Of a stretch of 64,000 nucleotides of DNA, positions 1-17,031 are shown piece by piece. Position 1 is the stretch's first letter. The number at the start of each line of letters is the position of its first letter. The stretch lies in NCBI RefSeq assembly GCF_009914755.1, contig NC_060936.1. One strand, 5' to 3'. This DNA is from the human T2T-CHM13v2.0 reference genome, Homo sapiens. The notes beneath the pieces were generated by a model. It worked only from the letters and a program-made list of their open reading frames with translations. It was not told the origin of the DNA and did no database searches. Both the position numbers and the translations under genes were made by a program.

Positions 1-577
1 TCTGAGGTTTGCTAGCAGGGACTCTAGTTTTGGCAAAGGGAATGTGAACTGCTTAGCATTGGAGGGGGAGACAGGAGAGCTGACCACCTTGGCTCTGAAT
101 GTTCTCATCGGTGAGGAAGGAACTGGTGCTGTGCCTGAGTGGGCGTGAACTTGTTTTGCCTGTGGTTTTCTTTAGAAAGCTGCTTGGTTCCTCTTCTCTC
201 AAAGGATTTGGAAGGTCTTCCCCGCACAATCAAAGGAGCAGTTTGAGACACAGGGGCGACAGCTGGGGACAGCATTAGAGGGACCCACATTACTTAGAGC
301 TACTGGTTTCCCCCCAGATAAAAACCCAGGTGTCGTTTCTGCATGAGCAGTGAGTGACGAGGAGAATTCGCTTGCAGCCTCTCCGCTACGCTCTGCCTTT
401 AGAGTCCCTCTAGCCGTGGTCCCTGTGTTGCCGCTTGCCCCTGGGTACCTGACTGATGAAGACAGGCTCTGGGGCTTGCCGTTGAAGGTGCTGTGGACCC
501 AGGGGTGCTGTCCTTCCGCTGTTCCATTCATTGCAACATTCATCTCCTGCCTGTTTACAAAAATGAAGCAATTATCC

Positions 578-665
578 TATTCTTCCAAATGGAAACTGCT
601 AATTTTTGAAGCAGAAGGTTGACAGCTTCAGTAAGATCTCAAGAGAGCGAGAAGACTGGAATCAG
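578..665 (+). other. WNT5B: Probable distal alternative non-coding first exon of WNT5B
   Basis: Strong donor CAG|GTGAGG at 665/666. The sequence resembles my recollection of the 5'UTR of the upstream-promoter WNT5B isoform. Start is approximate. Confidence 0.55.
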
Positions 666-879
666 GTGAGGCCATAACTTCTTATCTAAACTTAGTTTCT
701 GGGGTGGAATTACAGAATTGCTTAGAAAAAGAGTCAATATAACTACTTGCAGAAAACACCACCTGTGAAAATCCAGATTTATAAATGGTGACTATGCATT
801 TAGTACAATGATTATCATATATGTAATATATAAAATATATATATATAATATGTATATTGAGGTCCCTTTAAAGAACAGC

Positions 880-1675
880 ATGATGGGCTGGCTCATGCCT
901 ATAATCCTAGCAGTTTGGGAGGCTGAGGCAGGTGGATTGCTTGAGCCCAGGAGTTCAAGACTAGTCTGGGCAACATGGTGAAACTCTACAAAAAAATACA
1001 AAAATTAGCTGGGCATTGTGGCATGTGCCTGTAGTCTCAGCTACTCAGGATGCTGAGGTAGGAGGATCACCTGACCACAGAGAGATCAGAGCTGCAGTGA
1101 GCCATGATCACACCACTGCAGTCCAGCCTGCGCAACACAGTGAGACCCTATCTCAAAAAAAAGAAAAGAAAAAGAAAAAAGAACTGCATGGCAAATTTGA
1201 AAGTCTTTTGGAACATGACTTGTGAATGCTCCAAACATTCCAAAATGAATGAGTGAAGTAGCCAGGAGAAAGACAGCAGAGAGCAGTGGGGATTTGGGAA
1301 AGTTAGAGAACCTGTGTGCCACCCACCAAGACATTCATATTCCAAAGATTTGTAAACATTGTGTTAGTCAAAGACACTTGGGCTGGGCGCAGTGGCTCAT
1401 GCTTGTAATCGCAGCACTTTGGGAAGCCTAGGAGGGAGGATTGCTTGAGGCCGGGAGTTCAAGACCAGCCTGGGCAATATAGGGAGACCCCCATCTCCAC
1501 AAAAGAATTTAAAAACTTAACCAGACACAGTGGCTCACACCTGTAGTCCCAGCTACTCAGGAGGCTGAGGTGGGAGGATCGCTTGAGCCCAGGAGTTCGA
1601 GGCTGCAGTGAGCTGTGATCATGCCACCGTACTCCAGCCTGGGTGACAGTGAGACGATGTCTCCAAAAAAGAAAA
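880..1675 (+). mobile_element. Two old (AluJ-like) Alus, ~880-1180 and 1381-1675
   Basis: Alu consensus with A-rich linker and poly(A) tails. Confidence 0.9.
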
Positions 1676-3549
1676 GACAGCTAGCTGACTGCCAGTTGGT
1701 GATCCTGGTTTTAAAAGTTGCATGGTTTCCCCAGGTCCTTTAAAAATACGCTCCATTTTGCAAACACAGTAGTACCTCTACTTGGTAGCACAAGACACAT
1801 TTTTATTCTAATTAGCGCATGGCATAGAGAGAGGTTATCCACCTGCCCTTGGTGGTGATCCAGAAGTCCATTTATTTACTTCATTCACTCTAAGTAGACA
1901 GGAATTTGCAGAAAACAGTAGCAATTGCACAAATAAATGTTTTTCCCCTATAGTACAATACCCCAGAACTCTAGATCTGGTGAAAATAGATTACTTGCAG
2001 GACAAGAGCATCTAAACACCCCTCAATCCTCCAGCCCTTGAAAACAAAGTCCATAGCCTTGTTCTCTTGAAACAATTCCTAAACCACACTGACCTGTGAC
2101 CTATACACTTCTGCCTTCTTTTCTAGAGCATATTTTAAAACTATTTTATTAGTATTCAGGAGAAGGGAACTTCCTCTTTCTTATCATCTGCACAGAGTAA
2201 GACTTCCAGTGGACTTTTGCTTGATACCTGGGGAGAAAATTGTGCTTTTCCAAGTAAGATGAGTCATCTGAGATCTGCCATTTCTGGGAATTGTACAGGG
2301 ACCCAGAGTCTTAGGGATCTGCTCTGCCTACTTTGTGGAATTTATTCTCACAGTGCATGAGTTGGTCACTTTCACACTGCTCCAGGCACCAGGAGTTGGA
2401 AGCTGGAAGCTCTATTCTCTGGAACATCAGGCATTAGATTTTAGTGTGAAGGCCTCAGGAATTGTTTCTGCGCTCCTGCCACCCTGCACTGTGATTGGGT
2501 CTGTTTTGCTATATACTTCCCAAATTGTGTACCTTATCACTGGGAATGGCACACACATTTCTGGGGAAGGGTAGTTTAGCATTTTTCTTAAGGGCCAGAA
2601 TTTAAATCTCATCACTCCTACCAAGCCCCCAGCCCCTCCCACCAAGCCCCCAGCCCCTCCCCACCCCTAAGACATTTCTTCTCCTGCAAGCCAGAGAAAC
2701 AATGAGAAAAGACACAGAATATTTGGGAGATGAGGCTTCCCAAAGGACTGCTGCAATCATGGTGGAGCTGATACAACCCTCTCCCCGCCCAATTTTTTAT
2801 TTTCATTTCTACCAACTGTAGATTATGCATACACACAAGCAGATCACACAAAAGAATACTATGCCTCAGGGCTAGGAGGATTCATTGAGCAAAGCTTGGA
2901 AGGAAGAACTAGAGAGAAACCTAGAGACAGAGACCCTCGGGAGAAGTAATTAAGGCTGGCAGGGAAAGGCTGTGTTAATTGAGCTGAGAAGAAAGATGAG
3001 CATCCGGGGATTCTCGTAAGAGGTGGTGGAATTTGCAGATAAAGTCATTGGTACATTATTGGATTCATCTTTGGTTACTACTTTTTAAAAATGTTTTTTG
3101 GGGAAGAATGCTATCTAGAAAAAAATTCATGCAAGAGAAACAGATAGCTACAGAACTAAATAGTAATAACTGACCAAAAAAAAAAGTGAGACAGAGGGTG
3201 ATTTTGCCATATCCTCATTTCCTGGACTGAGCAAGAGAGGAAGCGAAATGCTGAGTCGGCTCCTGGCGTAGCGGCTGCCATTCATGTGCCGTTGATCCAG
3301 GCCTGGCACTGCGAGAGCAATACCCATTGGTTTGCACAGAACTCCCTCCCACCAGCCCCACCTGCCCTCAAATAGTCATCCCACGTGGTTGTCTCTACCT
3401 AAATTTCCCAACATGTTTCTTTTTGAGTATGAGGATCTTCTTTTTTAAGTCAAAAAATAAAAATAAAAAAGGTCACATGCCCCATGAGACCATAATTGTA
3501 CTTTCCGCCAAGAAAATATAATATATAAAGACCTTCAAGCCATTAGGTA

Positions 3550-5386
<1,837 letters not shown>

Positions 5387-6046
5387 TAGAGAACTGCCAT
5401 GGGGAAATTCATTTATCCTTTCAAGAGATAAGAATGGGACATAAGATATTGCAATTTGTTAGAGAAAAAGAGGTCAATTAGCAGGCTCTTGTAGTAGCTC
5501 ATAGTATGACAATAGGAATGTTGAGTAGGGAATATATTCAAAAAACACTATAGAGATACAATCAAGAGACCTTGGCAATTGATTTGACGTGGAAGGCAAA
5601 GAAGAGGGAGGAGTCACAAAGGATACCAAGATTTCAGGCCTGGATACAGGAAGAGAATTGGAAGACAGAGAACACGCATGATTGATATGAAGGTGTGTAA
5701 TCAATCAGCATTTTAACTTCTATATTTGGCTCTCTAGGAAGATTCACTCAACCCACATTTTATGATCAAAAGGACAGTATCCAGGGTGACTGGTCCCCTA
5801 TGTCTTTGACCCCATTCCTGCAGTGTTGCCCCCAGAAACTGGAAGCATGTCATGATGGGAGTTTTCCTGGGTAATTGATGCTGAATTATCAATGGGAATA
5901 CCAAATCAGATTTTTTAAAAAGTTAATTTAACATTTATTATTTTTAGAGACCTCTGTCATCCAGGCTGGAGTGCAGTGGTACAATCATAGCTCACTGCAG
6001 CCTTGACCTCCTGTGATCCTCCCGCTTCAGCCTCCTAAGTAGCTAG

Positions 6047-6262
<216 letters not shown>

Positions 6263-6470
6263 TGAAAACAGTGGAAATTATTGAAGTCCTCCTTCATTGC
6301 ACTATCTCTCCTCTTCTTCGAAAAGCACCTTGAAATTTTCTCTTTGACCAAACCACATCTTCATGTGAAATCCTTTCTGCTGTTTTCCTCCTGTTAAAAG
6401 CCCTCATATTCTTCAAGGCCCTACTCAAATCCCACATCCTGAGTACAGCTGCTCCCTTAGGCTCTTCTGA

Positions 6471-6665
<195 letters not shown>

Positions 6666-7029
6666 TGACACTTCTTATAGTGTACTTTTCTGGGCAGGTT
6701 TTCTGTTTTCCCCAGCTAGACCAATGCACCTTGGGGCACTCCCCAAGGTCTTACACATTTTTACATTGTCTTATTAAGCAGTGCCAGCCTTTACTCTTAG
6801 AAGCTGAATGTTACTTATGTCTTTGAGGAAAAGACAGAGAGTTATGTCTGGGACCAGGAATCTCCAAAATCTCAATTAGCAGTGGATTCTCAGATAAGGG
6901 GAGGTACAGTCAAGCAGCTTCCTCACAGCAAATGGACCAAGTTGTATGGAAGTCGAAGGGACTCTCCTTGTCTTCATGAGAGGCTGGCCTTCGTGGCCTG
7001 CTTCCTCTTTCCCTGAGAGCCAGAGGAGG

Positions 7030-7329
7030 GCTTTTCTTTTCTTTCAGTCAACAAATATTTTTCTAGCAACTCCCACATACCCCTGTGTACTATCCTATCC
7101 ACTGGGGAGAAAATGGTAAATAAGACCGTTTCCAGAGCATATGAGGGACAGAAACAAAAGCACAACAGATGAGCATGCCACACTATTCCATGTCACATTA
7201 AATGCTGCGGCTAAAACATGTGAGAAGCTAGAAATAGAATGATGCTGCTGGGGGCCTTCTTTGGCAGAGATGGTTAGAGAAGGCCTCTTGGAAGGTGTGG
7301 CCTCAATGACAAAGGAGCTTGCTCTGCAC
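7030..7329 (+). repeat. Local duplication copy 1 (L2-derived sequence)
   Basis: Aligns directly with 11299-11600. Confidence 0.93.
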
Positions 7330-7544
7330 AGAGAGAGGAGAAACCATTCCCAGAAGTCGGCAAGGCACAGCGGGGAGAAACAGGATGGGTTTGGGTAAGG
7401 AGGTATAAGGAGTTTGGGGTTCTAAAGCACAGCATGAAATCCTAAAGAGGATGGAAAGGTTGGCGGGGCCAGATTCTGGAAGGCGTCATGTAATGGCGTG
7501 AGGAGTTATGACTCATCCTTTAGGAGATAGGAAACCTTTGAAGG

Positions 7545-7554
7545 GTTTTTTGTT

Positions 7555-7591
<37 letters not shown>

Positions 7592-7869
7592 GACGGAGTC
7601 TCGCTCTTTAGCCCAGGCCGGACTGCAGTGGCACAGTCTCGGCTCACTACAAGCTCCGTCTCCCAGGTTCACACCATTCTCCTGCCTCAGCCTCCCTAGA
7701 GCTGGGACTACAGGCGCCCGCCACCATGCCCAGCTAATTTTTTGTATTTTTAGTAGAGACGAGGTTTCACCGTGTTAGCCAGGATGGTCTCCATCTCCTG
7801 ACCTCGTGATCCGCCCGCCTCGGCCTCCCAAAGTGCTGGGATTACAGGCGTGAGCCACCGCGCCCGGCC
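7545..7869 (-). mobile_element. Full-length AluY-family element with TSD ctttgaagggtttt, inside an L2
   Basis: Long T tract, AluY-type sequence, 14-bp TSD. Confidence 0.9.
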
Positions 7870-8427
7870 TCTTTGAAGGGTTTTAAGCAAAGAAGTCACA
7901 TGGTCAAATCTAAGCTTTGAACAGAGCTCCTCGATCGCTATATCTACTGAAAGGCAAGACAGTTTTGTGCTATCGAAGTAAGAGCCTTTCTTGCTGAGGA
8001 CATAGTTTCTTGGTGAGTTTCACTGTTAAGGCCAATCTAAAATGTCCCTCCACGTTCTCTCCAAACCTTATGTTTCTGCACGTGCACTCTGTACCTCACC
8101 TCTGCATCTTCCATGAGCCCCTCACACCAAACCAGGATCCACCCTTCCAGACCCATAGCTCTTGACCTGGTTTGTCTTTTCCATCCCAAAGTAAAACTAA
8201 GTACCAACTCTTTAAAACTATTATGTTTTAATTCCTCCAGCTTTAAGCAGCCTGGCCTGTTCTCAACCCACATATCATTTTGGCTAGGGGAGAAGTCTAG
8301 TTCTTTCCGCCCACAAGGCTGTGTGTGTATCTAAGTGTGTGTATTAATACTAGTAACTTTGCATGTTTTGTAAACCTTGCTTTTTGTGATATCTCCTGCA
8401 TATCAGAATGTTGTTTTCTGACTTTCA

Positions 8428-8775
<348 letters not shown>

Positions 8776-10008
8776 GAGAAAGCAGAGAAGGTGTTATGCT
8801 CTAGTGACAGGGAGGACCTGTATTTGGGGAAGAGTAGAAAGATCTGGATTCCAAGCCAGGGTCAACCATTCAATTGCTGTATGAACAAGTACTTAATTTT
8901 AGTTTCCCTGTTTTCAAAGTGAGAATAATAATGGCATATGCCACAAATGTTGGCAGAGATTAAATGAGAAAAATAGATGTGAAACATTTAGTGCAGTGCA
9001 CTAAGAGGTGCTCAATAAATGTTGATTAATACTAGCTATTGTCACTGGTTATCAATCAAAAGACATTTGTTACTGCTGAGTAAAACCATACTGGGCGCAA
9101 AGGGGCTCGCAGAGAAAGTAGAAAAGGTAAGTTTGAACCTTTAGGAAGCATTTGATCTACTAGAGAAGTAAGAAGTATATACTTCACCTGAGAAACAGCC
9201 CAAGGCAGCATAAGTGGGGTAGGGAGGTGCAGACCAGATACATGGATTCATAAGGGCCGAAGAGGTTGAGACCTCTTCGGTCTCAACCCATGAGAATGAG
9301 ATTCTCATGGGGTGGGGTTAATCAAGCACAGTTTTATGGAGGGAGTGAATCTTGAGCCTGGACGTGAAAGTAGTTTAATATCTGGATTGCTGCAGAGGAG
9401 AGGAGAATGCTTCCTTGGGAAGAGGATCAGAATGAGGTCTTGGGGGAAAAGTGGGGTTTGTTCTAGGAGTAGAAGGAGATTGGAAAAGGAGACTTCATGT
9501 TGGGAAATTCAGGAAAACAATGAGAGGTAAGATGAGGCCACATTGGAAATAAAGAACTGGGAACCACTATACGTTTTCAAATAGGGGAATATTATGATGT
9601 AAAATTAGTATTTTAGGGAAAACTGGTATTGTGTCTATGTGCACTTGTGAGTGAGACCACGAAGAACTACTCTGGTGTTCAGATGCCAGAAGGGTGAGTA
9701 CTCACCTGGAAATTGGGAAGGAAATGAGTGAACCTGATGTACATTTTAGGAGGTATTTGTCTATTGTTCTGAGGTCCATAAACAGTCTTTCTCTACAGTA
9801 AGAGAAATGAGTGGCCAAAGGGAGAGAAGCCACAGGACTCCAGCTAGCAAGGCCTGCTCCTCCTCCACCTGCCCCTCCCCTGTCCCATGGAAATCATCCA
9901 GTCTGAGGCCCCTCCTTCAACAGCAATGCAGCCAGGAGTTCACAAAGGGAAGCATTTCCTTTCCAAAGACTGCTAAGATGGTTTACCCTGTTATGCCAGG
10001 AATGTTAA

Positions 10009-11238
<1,230 letters not shown>

Positions 11239-11298
11239 GCCAAATGTATTTTTAAATTACACATTCTATAGCTCCCCACTGGGTGACCAAGTAAGAGT

Positions 11299-11600
11299 GC
11301 TTTTCTTTTCTTTCAGTCAACAAATATTTTTCTAGCAACTCCCACATACCCCTGTGTACTATCCTATCCACTGGGGAGAAAAATGGTAAATAAGACCGTT
11401 TCCAGAGCATATGAGGGAAAGAAACAAAACCACAACAGATGAGCACGCCACACTATTCCATGGCACATTAAATGCTGCGGCTAAAACATGCAAGAAGCTA
11501 GAAGTAGAATAATGGCGATGGGGGCCTTCTCTGGGAGGGATGGTCAGGGAAGGCATCTTGGAAGGTGTGGCCTCAGTGACAAAGGAGGCCTGCTCAGCAC
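11299..11600 (+). repeat. Local duplication copy 2
   Basis: Aligns directly with 7030-7329. Confidence 0.93.
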
Positions 11601-12527
11601 CCTTGAAGAGGTCCCCACCTAGGCTCGTGGCTATTTCTGGACAGGTTTCTGGATGTGACGGTGCCTGTCTGAGGAGAGGGGCAGATGTGGGAGGTGGCTC
11701 CATTTCCTGCAGGAGTCTTGAGATGCTTGAGTCCCTGGGTGCTGGGGAAGTCAGTTCTAGATATCAGTGGGTTTGTGTGAATGGCTAATGACCTGAAATC
11801 AACCCCTCATCCTGTGGGGCAGAGATGTTGTTTCAGGCACTGCTCTGAAGTATGGTGGAAAGCACAGAGTTGCTTGGGGTCTCAGCTTTACCTGTCCCGG
11901 TCTCTCTTTTTGGTCTCTTAACTCTAGGCTGGATGGACATGGCCCCTTAAGGAAATGAAAGTGAGTGACTGAGTCCTAGCAGAAAAAGGAGGAGATCTTG
12001 GAGTTCCTGTCTTCCAACACGCACCTCTTTGGTTGTGATGGTGAAGTGGGACAGTGCCATCTCAGCAGGGACCTTGGATGTGCTCTAGAGGGGGTCTTGG
12101 AGGTGTAGCATCGTTACATCCCCTCCCACCATCCTGCCTACACAGTGGTTTTGGGGGCACAGATATTTCAGAGAGTAGTCTTCCCAAGAACCCTACATCA
12201 AGTATGCTACCACCCCTTCCCATTCTTGATTCTGGTCCCCTCTTTATTTTCCTCATAGTATTCACTGGACCTAACTTATGATACATTTGTTTGTTCACTG
12301 CCATGTCTCTGGCACTTAGAGCAGTAACTGGCACATATTAGGCACCCAGGGTGTAATTCATTTGATTAATGAATGTATTGAATGGCTGCATGGATGAATG
12401 AAGAGGAGGAACAGAGCAGATGTCTGACCAGCTCATTCTGGCTTCTGGAAGGATCCTGATTGGGAATTTTGCATCTTTCCCTCCCCACAGCCTCCTAGTC
12501 ACTACTACTAAAGAATAGAGACCCTGA

Positions 12528-12790
<263 letters not shown>

Positions 12791-13283
12791 CGAAGAGCCC
12801 CGCATTCTTAACTACTGTGTTTGGTATGTTTGAATTGACACTTGCCTCTTAGGAAGGGGAATCTTTTTAGACCCTGGGGAAATCTGTAGTTATTGCAAAG
12901 GCCTTTTCCTGCCTGTTGGGCATTTACCAGATCTTTCTTCCTACACAAGGAGAGCCTCCCCTGGTTGAATCCTGCTATAAATCTCACTAGTGACCCACAA
13001 ACAGGGGTCCCAATGTGACCTGCTCATTAACACAAAACCGTCAGCCCCCATACAGCTTCCTGCCTTCCCAGTCGGGTTGAGGCAAGAAATTTCCATTCTG
13101 CCCATGCTGATGAAACCAGTCGCCAGCATTTACCTTTCTAAGGGGTCCTTTCTCCTCCCACCCCAGCCCACCCCAGCACAAGAATGTAAGAGAGGGCAAA
13201 CAGCTGCCTGGCTTCAGTTCTATGGCCACTCAAGAATTGGCTCGCATCTGTCTGCCAGGACAGAGAGCGTCCTGAGGGGGCTG

Positions 13284-13334
13284 GTGTGTGTGTTGTGTGT
13301 GTGTGTGTGCACGCGCGCGTGCATATGTGTGTAT
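13284..13334. repeat. (TG)n/(CG)n alternating purine-pyrimidine tract
   Basis: gtgtgtgtgttgtgtgtgtgtgtgtgcacgcgcgcgtgcatatgtgtgtat. Confidence 0.9.
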
Positions 13335-13604
13335 GGGGGAGTTCAGTTTCAGGTACCACACATCTGGAAGTCAGAGAAAGAAGCCACTGCACATGTTAGA
13401 GCCATTTTGGGGGGCAATTTTTAAAAAAAAAAACATTTTTAATGGGCTGAGAGCCGCCTCGTGGAAAGCCCGGGGCGGGGGATGGAGTAGAAACAGCTGC
13501 GGGAGTGATTCTTGTCTCCATATATGTTTATAAGGCACTGAGGGCGGGATTAGCAGCTCCTGGGAAGTCTGGCTCTAGTTACCGTGTCAGCCTGTCCTGG
13601 GGGC

Positions 13605-13745
13605 AGTCACAGCCACAGTGACCATTAGCAGGCACCCAGGCCTGTCTTTGGCTCGGAAACGGTGGCCCCCAATGTAGCCTAGTTTGAACCTAGGAACTGC
13701 AGGACCAGAGAGATTCCACTGGAGCCTGATGGACGGGTGACAGAG
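13605..13745 (+). other. WNT5B: WNT5B proximal non-coding exon 1 (5'UTR)
   Basis: Donor GAG|GTGAGA at 13745/13746; GC boxes at ~13472 and ~13542 upstream. Joining to 15672 gives the WNT5B leader I recognise (...GGGTGACAGAG/GGAACCCTACTC...). TSS is approximate. Confidence 0.8.
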
Positions 13746-14449
13746 GTGAGAGGCACTGGTGTGAGGGACAAGTGTCACAGGCGGGGAGGAAGAACTCCGC
13801 TATCTGGTGGTGGAAATGTGTGAGGATCAAAGTCCCCAGGGAGAGTAGGTGTTGCGGGCGGCAGGGTGGTGGGCTGGGCACGGGCTGGGCATAGGCTGGG
13901 CAGGAGGCTTCGGGGCCGCGGGGAGGAGGCTGGAGAAGCAGGAGGGCACGGGCGGCCCTAGCTCTGCAACCCCGGGAAGGACTGGTAGGTGGAGTTAAGG
14001 ATATTTGGACAAGGAAACGCTTTGAAGCTTTTCTCTCGTCCTCCCTACTCGGGACCTGGTCGCCTCCCCTCCATAAAACCATTAGCTCCTGGTGCCAGCC
14101 CTATCTCTGCTCCATCTCTCGTGGTTCCAGCCGGTGCATTCACAGACCTTCTGCCCCGGGGGACGAGGAGGATTTATGGGGGGAGAGGAGAGGGGGAGGG
14201 GCATCCTCCAGAGGAGGGGGGGTCTGAGGGGAGTCGGGCGTGGAAGCTGTTAGTCCCGGGCTGGGGGCCGGCTCACTTCCGAGCTGGCTCTGCATGACAA
14301 AGGGGAAGGAGCAAGTGTCTTCTTTGATCTGCCCCCTGCCGGCCCCACACACCTGCCTGTTGGTGCCCCCGCCCCAGCCGAGGCTTCGAGAAGGAAAATC
14401 AAAAGGGGGCTTGGGGAAGGGCTGTGTCCCAGCTCTCCTGGACCCTGCT

Positions 14450-15050
14450 CGGGCCACTGTCCTCTCCTGGCGGCCCCAGGACAAAAATACTTCCCGGGCT
14501 GATGACCCGAAGCACCCGCCGCCCCCTCCCGGAGAGCCTGGGGACGCCGACGCGCGAGAGTGGCGCAGTGAGCCGGGGCGCGCGGGGCTGCGCTCGTCAG
14601 GTCCGGGGCCCCGGGGAGGCCGCTGGGGGCGCGGGTCACGCCCAGACGGGGGCCCCGGAGGACCGCGGGGGAGCCGCAGGGGCCGTGTGTCCCGAGGCGC
14701 AGGCTCGCTCTAGCAGCACTGACCTGCTGCGGGTCCCAGGGCCTGGGGACAGGGGCTCTCGGGGGCGGATAGAGGAACAGGCGTGGGTTACAGCAGGCAG
14801 GAGGCCAAGAGGCGGGAGGCCCGGGAGCCAGCAGGGAAGGGCTGTGGCATCTGGAAGATGCGTCCTCAGCTCAGGCATTTGATGCCAGAGCTGCCGCCTG
14901 GCGTCGGCAGTGTCCCCGGTGCAGCTGCTGGGCAAGGTACTCGGTGCCGCCCTCGAGGACCACGGTGCCGGGAGGGGCAGGGGCCGCCTAGGGAGGCACC
15001 ACCTCAGCCGCCAAAGCTTTCCGGGCGGGCGGTTCGCGGCGTGGCTTGTA
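14450..15050. promoter_or_regulatory. CpG island in WNT5B intron 1 (promoter-associated)
   Basis: Very GC-rich with dense CpG; not repeat-derived; lies between exon 1 and exon 2. Confidence 0.85.
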
Positions 15051-15671
15051 CATTTCTCAGAGAAGCTGCCTTGAGAAAGTGAAAAGTCCTTGATCTGTAC
15101 GCAGGGGTTGGGACTTAGGAAACCCGCTGAGGGTGAGAAGGGCGCAGATGGAGAGGGGAGACTCCTCCCTGGGTGCAGGTAAATCCAATTCACCAAAATG
15201 TTTTAATCCTACAAAGGAGAGCCTGAGGGTCAGAGAAATAAGTCTCTGGGCTGGAATGAGAGGTAGGCACGTGGGGGAGTGGATAGGATGGGCCCCATTT
15301 CTTTGGATGTTCTGCAGCAAGGACAGGTATGCTTTACAACAGCCGAAGTGGCCTCCCGGCTGCCGAACGGAGGAACGCCGCAAGCTCCGCTCTTGAAATT
15401 ACTTGTTTTCATTTCTCTTTGTGGTTTCTCAGCTCATTATTTCTTTGGAAATTAGGTCCTGTGCAGGGTTCCCACAGTTTGGGGTAAGAGACAGAAGTCC
15501 TAGGGTGGGAAGATGAGCAGTGGGAGGCGGAGGCTGGAAAGAGGCCGAGCTTCTTTGTGGGGAACACGCAGCACGTAAGCATCAGTGCAACTTTCTCCGC
15601 CTCACCCCGGCTCCTGGTCTGCCCTTATCCGCTGAGTTTCCACACTGACTCTCCATTTCTGTTTTCTCCAG

Positions 15672-15728
15672 GGAACCCTACTCTGGAAACTGTCAGTCCC
15701 AGGGCACTGGGGAGGGCTGAGGCCGACC
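15672..15728 (+). other. WNT5B: WNT5B exon 2, 5'UTR portion
   Basis: Acceptor ttctgttttctccag| at 15671; 57 nt to the ATG in Kozak context ccgaccATG. Confidence 0.9.
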
Positions 15729-15808
15729 ATGCCCAGCCTGCTGCTGCTGTTCACGGCTGCTCTGCTGTCCAGCTGGGCTCAGCTTCTGACAGACGCCAAC
15801 TCCTGGTG
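15729..15808 (+). CDS. WNT5B: Wnt-5b coding exon 1 (signal peptide MPSLLLLFTAALLSSWAQLLTDANSW)
   Basis: Hydrophobic signal peptide, 80 nt. Phase-2 donor TG|GTGAGT matches the phase of the next exon. Confidence 0.97.
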
Positions 15809-17031
15809 GTGAGTAAGAGGGGCTGAGGTCCTGCCTGCACAGCCGGAGGCCTCCTTCAGCGACTGAGATGAGGAGGAAGGGCACCGTGTGTCACGGTAGT
15901 ACCTTGATTCCTGGGAGTACTAAGGGCCTCTTTTATCCCAGGAAAACTAAGAACGCTCTGTGTCTCTCTCAACCCTTATCTTTGTAAGGGTTCCCTGAGG
16001 ATAAAGGTTCCGTTCATTTGATTTTTTTCTCTAATCCTGTCCACATTCCTTTTCCTTGGACCTTCCCTCATGCCCATGAATTGTTAGAAATTGCTCTTGG
16101 GTCAACAAGAATATCAATACTTGGTAGTTTTTTGTTCCTTTGTTTTGTGTGTTTTGCTGGTAGGATATAGAATTCCTCTTTTATAAGTCTGAAGGCCAGA
16201 TGAGGGGTTCACAGCACCATGGGTGGCTGGCTTTCTTCTTATGTTTTAAGGGCTGTTGTCATTGCCAAGTTGACAGGGAAATGGCAGGCGATCACCACCT
16301 ATTTTGCATGGTCTCTGCCACTAGCATTTTTACTCAGATAGCAAATCTGCAGCCTTCTCATCTAACACTCTATATGGCTGGTAGATGATGAGCAAAAGGG
16401 AGAGCCTCTGAACTGGTGGAGAGTGGATGAGGGGAAGCTCAAAGTGAGACATGGCAGTGAAAACAAGTAGACTAGATCGTGATGTATGTAAAGTGATTGG
16501 ATTTTAAAGGCCCAAAGGGAGTACCACGCAAAGGATTGATTGCTTTCCATGGCTTATCATGTACTTGGGCTGCACTGAACTAGTCACTCCTACTCATTGA
16601 ATGAGGCCTGTGCTCTCCTGTTGAGGTTTGGCTCTTTTTGCCCTCTATTAAAATGAAGAGCTGCTCCCCACCCCTCGTCTTCTTATCTGCCTGACCCCCA
16701 TTCTTAAGATCCAGTTCAAATTCTGGCCATTTCCTTATAAAGGCTTCTCTTCAGCCATAAGGGCTATTTTCCTATCTGATCACAGCAGATCCAGAAGCAT
16801 ATCCAGAGTCTGTCTGGGGCATTCGGCATCTCGCATGTCCTTTGTGTTCATGCCTCAGATTCCTTCAGTTTGTCCTTTGAAGGCCAGCACTCTGATTTAC
16901 TAATTTTTCTTTCCAGGGCCTTGTACACAGGGACGCATTCAATAAATGTGTTGAATGAATGACTTAATGCTGCACACAGGCGTATGCTCACTCCTGGGCC
17001 TTTTTTTCCCCTTTCTGGATTGCTGTCCTAG

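Noticed and set aside
14140-15196. Cluster of 100-186 aa ORFs in the intron-1 CpG island
   Set aside because: Low-complexity Gly/Arg/Pro products expected from the GC content; no recognisable homology.
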